From positions 29,805-93,804 of the IMG/VR virus record IMGVR_UViG_3300001390_000008: DNA of 64,000 bases; one strand, given 5' to 3'. This document shows, one piece after another, positions 38,135 to 45,993 of this stretch (positions are counted from its first letter, which is position 1; each line of letters begins with the position of its first letter). The notes beneath the pieces were generated by a model. That model was not told the DNA's origin and searched no databases. It saw nothing but the letters and a program-made list of their open reading frames with translations. Origin of the DNA: a virus. The position numbers and the translations under genes were made by a program.

Positions 38135-40759
38135 TTAATAGGTAAGTTGCAAATACTCAGGTTGCTTTACCCTGCCATTATTGCGTGGTATTTTCTGCTT
38201 AGGCAGCTTAAATAGCCTATTGCCCTCTTCGTCCTTATTTATTTTACTAAATTTATATTTCTTATCAAGAGATAGCCCCTCCATTTCAAATGTTTCCCCG
38301 GCATTCCACCCAAAACTCACATCAGCAATTATTGGAACTTTTAAATCTAGATCAAACCATTTTTTAAGAGGATTTGTTTCCATGTAGTGCTTTAATGTCT
38401 TAGCCCCCCACTCTACATACTCCTCTTTAACAAGCACATAAATAGCATCATGTACAAACCCTGTAGGGGCCATAAACTTCTCATCTATTTCTTGATCTAT
38501 ACGTGATATGGCCATAACACCCAGACTAGAAGCAAACTCCTGGATGGTAGCATTTATGGCCTGCCTCAGAGCGTCAGCTACGACACCCTTATCTTGTGAG
38601 TAAACCATAGGTAGATGGCGTATACGCCCATCATAAGACCTCACATAGCCGTGTTTTAGTGCAAACTCTTTAACTGCATCATGCCAATTAGGTAATGTAT
38701 AAAACTTATTAAAAAAAGTATTTCTAATATTCTGTGCTTCTCTTGGAGTGAACTCTACACCATATTGTGTTTTTGCGTATATAATAAAATTTCTCCACCA
38801 CATACCAAAAACAAAACCAAAGTTTACAGCTTTAGCCTTAAACCTGCTTAAGGCCTGTTCCTCCTTCGGCAATTCTCTAAACTGCTCCAGTGACAAGCCT
38901 GTAACCTCAAGTGCAGTAGTTATATGTATATCCCCATTACTATTATAGATGTCTATCATAGTCGGGTCGTTAGCTGTGTGCGCTATTATCCTTAACTCCG
39001 CCTGACTTAGATCTGCCTCTAGAATTATATACCCTTTGGGTGCTTTAAATATTTTCCTATACGCTTTTGCATGTGATCCTCTCTTTGGGAAATTCTGCCC
39101 ATTTGGTGAATATGAATTTACCCTGCCGGTTACCGCCGTCCACAACCCATATGTAGGGTTTATCTTTCCCTCTACTATATAATTCTCCCTAAATCTACGG
39201 ACATTAGTTCCGAGCAATCTATCTACCTTCATCCATTCTGCAAGATCAATACAAAATTCACCTGCCCTTTTATGGTCAAAAAAGAAAGGTAAATGATCCT
39301 TTGATGAGGTTGAGGGTACCTGAAACTTAGACTCCAACTCCTTAGTAGTTTCTGTAAACACTAAGGGTTTTAGTCTAAAACCTTTTTTATGATCAAATAA
39401 TATATCTAATAAAAATGCTTTCCTGCTAAATTTTAGCCCGGCCTCTACATGCTTCCTTTTAATAGGCCGTGGCACCCTTTCCATTAAACTAACCCTAAGC
39501 CCCTCCACATACTCTGCTAACACTTCCTCGAAATCATCTAGTGCCTTTTCATCAATAAGCATACCTCTATGGTCTATCCGCATAAAAGCATTAATGCCGG
39601 GCATTGATACCCTACGATAGTGGTTGTATAGCTTAGAATCAGCATCCACTATATTTATTAGCTCAAAAAATAAACGTAGTGTTGCATCTGTGTCACCTAC
39701 ACCGTAGCTGACTATTCTATGTAAAGGTACTAAATCCATCCTACTTTTATCAAACTCTGCATTAAAGCGATCTGCATATCCCCCCATTTCAGGTACGTAC
39801 ATCTTAGTAAGATTATCTAAATTCTTCTGTTGCAAATTCTCATCAACAAGAGCCGCCAACATGATAGTGTCGTGATCTAATCTGTATCTAAATTTAAGAA
39901 AATGATATACCCACACCATATCGTATTTGCCATTTTGCCCAATAACACTTGTCTTTGGGTTCTGCAATAACTGTTTAAGTTGCCTTTTTAATCTTTTCTT
40001 CGCCCTTATTCCTGCGGGGGCATCGGGATGATCCCACGATAGTAGGTATCCGCTGCCCACCTCTACAGTAAACTGCATTGTCATTATCTTGCCTTTCTTA
40101 ACCCTCCAATCAGTCCCCACCGTCTCAAGATCAAAAGCTAAATACTCAGGCTGCATATCAATTAAAAACTGTAGGTCTGTTATTACCTTATAATCGCCCA
40201 GCGCATCTTCCCCGGCTTTATCTAAATCATAATCATACTCAACTATACGCTGTAATGTTTTGCAGTCACTTGCAAACAGTGGCTCATTCTGTGGGTATCT
40301 GACAGCAAGTATCGGGTCTAGTATTGGGCATACATAGGCATTATGCTCCTCATTGAAGACGGCTACCCCCCGCACTTTGCTAATTTTACACCTACGGCCC
40401 TGTACTGCACTTGCCGCATCTGCCCCTAGTGGTATGATTACTTCTGGCTTAAGTCTCTGTATCGTGTCTGTGAGGTGGTTTCTACAAGCGTTTTCTATAG
40501 TCTTTCTATCTTTAGCCCTCCACTTCTTAGGGTCATACCCACACCGCACTGTATTTGAGAAAACAAAATCTTTCCTGTTGAACCCACACCCCCTCATATA
40601 CTTAGCAAGCATTTCATTTGCCGCAGGGGTTATATTTTCTTTACGCAAAGACATACTGTGCGACACACCCTTGCTAACTATAAGAAATCTCGCCCCTTTA
40701 CTACCTGTTGGGGTAACTGGGTTATACCTCAACAAGCAGGCATCGCATGGATTACTCAT
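38135..40759 (-). CDS. polA: family A DNA polymerase with N-terminal UDG-like and 3'-5' exonuclease domains
   Basis: CDAC/NTVRC/IIPLG UDG-like region; FDLET exonuclease; DLSQAELR, KAVNFG, VHDA polymerase motifs. Confidence 0.92.
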   Translation of the reverse strand: MSNPCDACLLRYNPVTPTGSKGARFLIVSKGVSHSMSLRKENITPAANEMLAKYMRGCGFNRKDFVFSNTVRCGYDPKKWRAKDRKTIENACRNHLTDTIQRLKPEVIIPLGADAASAVQGRRCKISKVRGVAVFNEEHNAYVCPILDPILAVRYPQNEPLFASDCKTLQRIVEYDYDLDKAGEDALGDYKVITDLQFLIDMQPEYLAFDLETVGTDWRVKKGKIMTMQFTVEVGSGYLLSWDHPDAPAGIRAKKRLKRQLKQLLQNPKTSVIGQNGKYDMVWVYHFLKFRYRLDHDTIMLAALVDENLQQKNLDNLTKMYVPEMGGYADRFNAEFDKSRMDLVPLHRIVSYGVGDTDATLRLFFELINIVDADSKLYNHYRRVSMPGINAFMRIDHRGMLIDEKALDDFEEVLAEYVEGLRVSLMERVPRPIKRKHVEAGLKFSRKAFLLDILFDHKKGFRLKPLVFTETTKELESKFQVPSTSSKDHLPFFFDHKRAGEFCIDLAEWMKVDRLLGTNVRRFRENYIVEGKINPTYGLWTAVTGRVNSYSPNGQNFPKRGSHAKAYRKIFKAPKGYIILEADLSQAELRIIAHTANDPTMIDIYNSNGDIHITTALEVTGLSLEQFRELPKEEQALSRFKAKAVNFGFVFGMWWRNFIIYAKTQYGVEFTPREAQNIRNTFFNKFYTLPNWHDAVKEFALKHGYVRSYDGRIRHLPMVYSQDKGVVADALRQAINATIQEFASSLGVMAISRIDQEIDEKFMAPTGFVHDAIYVLVKEEYVEWGAKTLKHYMETNPLKKWFDLDLKVPIIADVSFGWNAGETFEMEGLSLDKKYKFSKINKDEEGNRLFKLPKQKIPRNNGRVKQPEYLQLTY

Positions 40760-42078
40760 TCCATGTGGCTCATGTCTGGTGCGGGTGCCTCACGTCTAGC
40801 CCCTGTGGCTTCTTCTAAAGGTACCTCTGAAAAATTAGTGGGGGCAAAACTAAAATTAATACCAAACTCACCACCTTCCCCATCTCTCCCTTTCATAAAC
40901 TCTATATGCCTGAAAGGGTAGGTCTTTACTGTTTTTACTACTGTTATTTCACCCCCATATTCTTTTTTTATATTTTTATAAATGGACTTGCCCATCTTTA
41001 TACCAATAACGATAGAGGCATGTGTGCCTATTGTGTCTGTATACCCTATGTTTTCTAATGACCCCTCAGCCCCGCCCTTACCTGCCGCCCTGCCAAATTG
41101 TGTGGTGGCGATAATGGGTCTGTCTCGCATTAAAGTTATACGTTTTAATTCGTCTGTGACATAAGCCGAGGCCTCAAATCTACCCATACCTCTTCTGCCA
41201 CTGCTCGGTCTCATAAGATACATGCCATCAATGAATATAACATCAGGGCCCAGCTCCTGAACCAGCATGTCTACATCCTCTACTTTTTTATTGAAATTGC
41301 CTGCAAATAAATGGAAGTTATTAGCTGAGGCATAATGATCTACAGCATCCGCTAGTGCTTTACGCCCCCAATAAGATAATTTACCTTTACGTACTAACCG
41401 TGGATCAAGGTTTGCCTGGTGACATGCTACACGTGCTGCAAGCTGCTTTAATGTCATCTCCATAGAAACTATAAGTACCGACTTCCCCTCTCTATGGGCG
41501 GCCCTTGCTGCATGTAATAGAAGCATCGTCTTACCCGTAGCAGGCCTCCCCGGCCATACAATCAAATCCCCGTTCTGATATCCATGAGTCTGTTCATCTA
41601 TGTAATCAAACCCAGTAGGTATACCTGCCATGCCAGGTAGACTGTGCACATAGTCATACTCTTCTAAGACACTACTGGATAAATCCCCCAGGGTAAGTAA
41701 CTCTTTTGTATCTGATGAGTAGGGTACACAAGACTGATATATAGACTGTGCTTCATCCCGTATAGCGTCAATATCTGATTCTGAAATTGCATCTCGTAGT
41801 GGCCTAAACTTAGCCCTTACTTCGTTATATACATGTCTGTTATGGACTTTCTGTAAATAGAAATCAACAGACTCTGGCGTATTAGGAAACCTAACCTTTG
41901 TCTCTTCTTCTACCGTAACTATCTCTGGCAATTCCCCGTACTTACGAAAATGCCCCCTGGAGTATTCGTATGCATGAACCTCCTCCTCATCAACAAAAAA
42001 CGCAGACTCAAGCATACGAAAAGTCATAGTGCTGCCGTTCTCTAGAATAGAGGCGATAAGCTTCAGCCCATCAGACAC
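40756..42078 (-). CDS. dnaB: DnaB-like replicative helicase
   Basis: GRPATGKT, VSMEM, FIDGMYLM, TTQ. Confidence 0.9.
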   Translation of the reverse strand: MSDGLKLIASILENGSTMTFRMLESAFFVDEEEVHAYEYSRGHFRKYGELPEIVTVEEETKVRFPNTPESVDFYLQKVHNRHVYNEVRAKFRPLRDAISESDIDAIRDEAQSIYQSCVPYSSDTKELLTLGDLSSSVLEEYDYVHSLPGMAGIPTGFDYIDEQTHGYQNGDLIVWPGRPATGKTMLLLHAARAAHREGKSVLIVSMEMTLKQLAARVACHQANLDPRLVRKGKLSYWGRKALADAVDHYASANNFHLFAGNFNKKVEDVDMLVQELGPDVIFIDGMYLMRPSSGRRGMGRFEASAYVTDELKRITLMRDRPIIATTQFGRAAGKGGAEGSLENIGYTDTIGTHASIVIGIKMGKSIYKNIKKEYGGEITVVKTVKTYPFRHIEFMKGRDGEGGEFGINFSFAPTNFSEVPLEEATGARREAPAPDMSHME

Positions 42079-42080
42079 GG

Positions 42081-42632
42081 CTAATCGCCAGACCGGGTAA
42101 TAACTAAATAATCACTATAATATCCAAAGAAGGCCTCATTAAAGAATTCATCAATATCAACTTTATTGCCAATACTGGCATACAAAATAAACCCTACCCC
42201 ATATCTCCCAGTTACATAAGCCATCCACCGCAACACAGATATGGCCTCTATACCTAGATATTTATCCCTATAAGTTTTTGTAAAAAAATCAGGTATAGTA
42301 ATAAAATCGACATTAATATCTATGTCGTATCTTCTCTTATTCCCCATCTTTAATAGATCCACCATCATTACTTCCTTAACGGGCATATTTAACACATAGC
42401 ATTCTTTATGGAATATTTCATAGAGTATCCGGGATCTAATTATCTCAGCCTCTCCCCCCTTATTACCCGGCACAAATAGATGCCATACTCTATGATCTTC
42501 GCACGTTTTTTCCTGATTAAGTCTAGCACCCAGCTTAGTCTCGCCCTCAGATAGATATGTTTTGTTTAGTACCTGAAATGATATGCCGTGATTCAGCATA
42601 TCCTGCTCACGCTCAGTTAATTGGTTTTTCAT
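42081..42632 (-). CDS. hypothetical protein, possible degenerate helicase loader
   Basis: lies between initiator and DnaB; no intact Walker A seen. Confidence 0.45.
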   Translation of the reverse strand: MKNQLTEREQDMLNHGISFQVLNKTYLSEGETKLGARLNQEKTCEDHRVWHLFVPGNKGGEAEIIRSRILYEIFHKECYVLNMPVKEVMMVDLLKMGNKRRYDIDINVDFITIPDFFTKTYRDKYLGIEAISVLRWMAYVTGRYGVGFILYASIGNKVDIDEFFNEAFFGYYSDYLVITRSGD

Positions 42633-42640
42633 TACCGCCC

Positions 42641-43906
42641 CTAATTAACTCTATTTTGTAGAAAATCCCTATGCTCAGGTAAATCCATTGACATTAACTC
42701 GCTATCAGAAAGCTGTGGCAAGGAGTTGTAGTATTTTTTCTTAGTCTCCTTTATTTTACTCAACTTAGATGAAAGAGTATTGTTTTTTGTTTCAATATTT
42801 TTTACTTTTATTTTTTCTTTTTGTAATTTACTTTCTAATTCTTTAATCTTACTAGTCATACTACCCATTATTTTTTTATTTATTGTAATATTTTTATTTC
42901 TCTTTTTCTGCGTTGCCTGATTACATGCATTTATTTTTAGTTGCTCCTGCTGCGACTCAATAACCTGCGGGTAAAAAGAACGAACAAATTGTAGACTCGG
43001 TACTGAAGGCGCTCCACCACCAAAACTACTACTGCTTACCCAGGTAAAATGCGGGACTAATAAATCCCAGTGGCTAACAGCTTCGTATAATACCTCTTTC
43101 CATGAACTATCTTTAAAAATTTGTTTAGTCCTGTGAACAAATAAAATTAATTCTTTTTTCGTAGGATTAATGACGATTGCATCTTTATGATTTGCCTTGT
43201 AGGACGAAATAGCATCTGCCCAAATTATACTTACATTTTTAATTGTAGGTACTACTATCTTTTCTATAATTTCTTTATGTTTTTCCCTGTGTTTTTGTTT
43301 TGCTTTTTCCCCTACTGAAATAGAATTAGTGCGAAGCGAAGTCTTCGCTTTGTTTATTGTTTTTAATGATTCTGTTCCTTTTACTTCTGTTCCTTTATTA
43401 CCTACTGCTATGTTGCCACCCAGGGTGGTAAAATTTACCCCCCTCAATTTTCTCTGTTTTTTGGGTATTTTAAGCATTTTTTTCATCTCCTTTACGATTA
43501 GTTTTTTTAACTTTACAAATATAATAGACACCTCACTATATCCCCTACCACTACCTATAATTACGTATTCAATACCCTTTTTTACAAGCCCTTTTCTAGC
43601 ATTTCTTACAGACCTGTCACTAAGTCCTATAGGCCCAATAATTGCCGTACCTTCGTTAGATGCTATGCCCGATTTATAGACACTATAGGGGATGTTTTCT
43701 TTTGATTTAGAAAATCTAAAAGTTCTGTCTACGTCAAATAGTAGAAGCATGAACTCTGAGGGGGTAAGAACTTTGCGCAGGAACCGGTTAATGTGGAGAA
43801 TAGACCAAATATACTCTTCTTTAGTTATCGCAATCACAGCTTTTCCTTGTAGTAATTGCTGCGTTTTACTGCGAATAGTGGTATTTATTGTAATTATTGT
43901 TGACAA
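42641..43906 (-). CDS. replication initiator, lambda O-like N-terminal domain
   Basis: DRTFRFSKSKENI...GLSDRSVRNARKGLVKKG wHTH pattern; upstream of DnaB; start uncertain (TTG). Confidence 0.65.
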   Translation of the reverse strand: MSTIITINTTIRSKTQQLLQGKAVIAITKEEYIWSILHINRFLRKVLTPSEFMLLLFDVDRTFRFSKSKENIPYSVYKSGIASNEGTAIIGPIGLSDRSVRNARKGLVKKGIEYVIIGSGRGYSEVSIIFVKLKKLIVKEMKKMLKIPKKQRKLRGVNFTTLGGNIAVGNKGTEVKGTESLKTINKAKTSLRTNSISVGEKAKQKHREKHKEIIEKIVVPTIKNVSIIWADAISSYKANHKDAIVINPTKKELILFVHRTKQIFKDSSWKEVLYEAVSHWDLLVPHFTWVSSSSFGGGAPSVPSLQFVRSFYPQVIESQQEQLKINACNQATQKKRNKNITINKKIMGSMTSKIKELESKLQKEKIKVKNIETKNNTLSSKLSKIKETKKKYYNSLPQLSDSELMSMDLPEHRDFLQNRVN

Positions 43907-43995
43907 TTATATTACAATACAATAAAATTACACACTGCTTCGAGTGGATACGCAAGCAAGGTTTTAAGACCCTCTTTTATCGGAGGGTTTTTTAT
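43900..43995 (+). ncRNA. putative antisense RNA (promoter to terminator) in the initiator leader
   Basis: TTGACA(43900)-N17-TAAAAT, then ACCCTC..GAGGGT hairpin and T-run at ~43969-43993. Confidence 0.5.
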
Positions 43996-44021
43996 GCCCA
44001 CTTATGGGGCAACGACAACCC

Positions 44022-44094
44022 AATATACGGGTTTACTATGTACGAGTCAAATGGATTACCCGTACTTGACAATAGGCCTTCTATACTATAGAAT
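44022..44094. promoter_or_regulatory. divergent sigma70 promoter pair
   Basis: minus: TTGACT-N17-TATATT (44050-44022); plus: TTGACA-N17-TAGAAT (44066-44094). Confidence 0.6.
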
Positions 44095-44099
44095 TATTA

Positions 44100-44237
44100 A
44101 TTATTACAGTCTTCTACTCCCCTTGATTGCTGTAATAATGTACGCCTTATGAAGGCTATGGTTGATTATCTGTTTTATACTTTTCACGGATAACGCCTAA
44201 TGAAGAGCCCCCCCCCATATCGGGGGTTTTTCTTTTT
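44100..44237 (+). ncRNA. putative ~135-nt small RNA
   Basis: follows the plus-strand promoter; three hairpins then a C/G-rich terminator with T-run. Confidence 0.4.
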
Positions 44238-44241
44238 AAGG

Positions 44242-44580
44242 CTATTTTACTTTGACAGCATACTTTTCAGCTACACCTCTTGCTGCGGTATACCCCTCCT
44301 CAGATAAAGGACTACATCCTTGTTTTCTACATTCCTGTAACCACGCCACCTCAAACTTCCTGGCTAAATCGTACCCGCAGAAGCCTCCCACAGTTTTAAC
44401 GAAAACAGACCCATGAGGGATGCCTATATCCCATCTCTGTGTATTACTGTTGTATTTGATTTCACTTGCACGAGTAACGTGCATTTTACCTAAAAAGGAT
44501 AATGGAAACTCATCCATGTGCAATGCTTGAACCCTTCCATCTATAGACACATCTATCACCAATTCATTCATTTTATTCAC
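44242..44580 (-). CDS. hypothetical protein of the AAA/DUF1257 module
   Basis: LGKMHVTRASEIKY...EVAWL motif; last gene of the module. Confidence 0.65.
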   Translation of the reverse strand: MNKMNELVIDVSIDGRVQALHMDEFPLSFLGKMHVTRASEIKYNSNTQRWDIGIPHGSVFVKTVGGFCGYDLARKFEVAWLQECRKQGCSPLSEEGYTAARGVAEKYAVKVK

Positions 44581-44660
44581 CTTTAAAATGTCTGGTCTAA
44601 CTATTACCGTATACAGTAGCGGCTAAATGTACCGAGCTACCACTAAGACCATACTTTATA

Positions 44661-44864
44661 CTAAAAAGTCATTCTTCCTATTTGTGTGGAAGATACCGGA
44701 GAAGCATAATAGTCTGGCTTCTCTTTACGCTTTACTGCGCCACCCCCTAAAACTAGTTCAATTTGCTCTGTGGCCTTAGCACACGCCTTACCTTTAAAAC
44801 CATCAACATCTATTTTAATGCCACCGGCAGGCGATATGTCTATGATTATAGTGCCTTTATTCAT
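44661..44864 (-). CDS. DUF2997-like protein
   Basis: IDISPAGGIKIDVDGFKGKACAKATEQIELVLG...KPDYY. Confidence 0.75.
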   Translation of the reverse strand: MNKGTIIIDISPAGGIKIDVDGFKGKACAKATEQIELVLGGGAVKRKEKPDYYASPVSSTQIGRMTF

Positions 44865-44873
44865 AGTACCCCC

Positions 44874-45311
44874 CTATGCGGATATTTGTAATTGTATGGT
44901 GCCGTCGTTTTTATTATGGCGAATTACCCTGTAACCTTGCTGTATAGCCTTACGGGTAGCCGCATGAATACTATACATCTGGTATAATTTGCCCATTCTA
45001 CTTTGGTTTTTACTCACAGAAGAGTCTTTAACCCCTAATTGATTTTCTACACTATCCATATAGAAATCAGTACGGGCTTCCATGCCTGTACTATCTTTAT
45101 TCTGGTATAGACCTACATCATACTGTGCATCATGCAGCTTAATAACAAAGGGTGCTTTACCCATACCTGTTTGATCCATACTATAGGCACGTGGTATTGC
45201 ATTCTCTAGTAGCTCGCAATTAATCCCCATAGTTTTTAATTCTTTGACCGCAGATTTTAATGCACATATATCTGAAATCACAATAGACGAAATTGTACTA
45301 GTGTGTGACAT
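44874..45311 (-). CDS. DUF1257 (Ycf35-like) protein
   Basis: MSHTSTI...DICALKSAVKEL...YDVGL...LYQMYS...QQGY...DGTIQL. Confidence 0.8.
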   Translation of the reverse strand: MSHTSTISSIVISDICALKSAVKELKTMGINCELLENAIPRAYSMDQTGMGKAPFVIKLHDAQYDVGLYQNKDSTGMEARTDFYMDSVENQLGVKDSSVSKNQSRMGKLYQMYSIHAATRKAIQQGYRVIRHNKNDGTIQLQISA

Positions 45312-45382
45312 TATCTTTTCTCCTTTTCTATTTGACCTACATTATACAGATAAATATATCTATATGCAAATCATAGTTAATA

Positions 45383-45988
45383 CTAGGTTATACGTATTAT
45401 TCTACGTTTTCCTTTTGGCATACGTATATTTTTAGTCTTTCCTTCGCCTGTAGGCACTAACACCATTTCAGGTCTTGGTACCCCCTCTTGCAGATTTCTA
45501 ATTGTATACAGTTCATCTATTTCCTCTGCATCAAAAAACCTGGATAACATTCCCTTAGGGTAGTTAATATTAAAATCTAGTAGTTCTTGTGTTTCTAGAA
45601 TATCCCCTCTCCCAATAAAAGCATTAATTTTTTTAAATCTAGCAACTTTATTTGGGCTAAACACTTTAACATCTATGGTTATCAGTGGGGCTTCTTTTCT
45701 TAATGATACCAACAATACCCCTTCTGCATATACCCTGCCTAATCTGGATACGGAAGAACTGACAGCAACTACTGTACCCTCCTTCACCTCCATACAACTG
45801 GAAAACCAACACCCATTAGTTTCTATATCCTTGTCTGAGGCACATATTTTAGTATAGCGGCCTACTATCTTTCCTGCCTTGCTAAGGAATACCCTGTCAT
45901 ACCCGCCATTGCACATCATTGCAAATAAATGAATTTTTGCACTGGTGCTCTGAAACGACTGCGAGCCGTACATTGTATTTACTATCAT
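45383..45988 (-). CDS. hypothetical protein
   Basis: 201-aa ORF. Confidence 0.65.
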   Translation of the reverse strand: MIVNTMYGSQSFQSTSAKIHLFAMMCNGGYDRVFLSKAGKIVGRYTKICASDKDIETNGCWFSSCMEVKEGTVVAVSSSVSRLGRVYAEGVLLVSLRKEAPLITIDVKVFSPNKVARFKKINAFIGRGDILETQELLDFNINYPKGMLSRFFDAEEIDELYTIRNLQEGVPRPEMVLVPTGEGKTKNIRMPKGKRRIIRIT

Positions 45989-45993
45989 CTATA

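Noticed and set aside
38135-40759. Modified-base (Z, hmU, 7-deazaguanine) genome
   Set aside because: No base-modification biosynthesis genes recognised in this window.
43368-43400. Origin iterons inside the initiator gene (TTCTGTTCCTTT x2)
   Set aside because: Only two copies, explainable as a KGTE peptide repeat; insufficient to call an origin.
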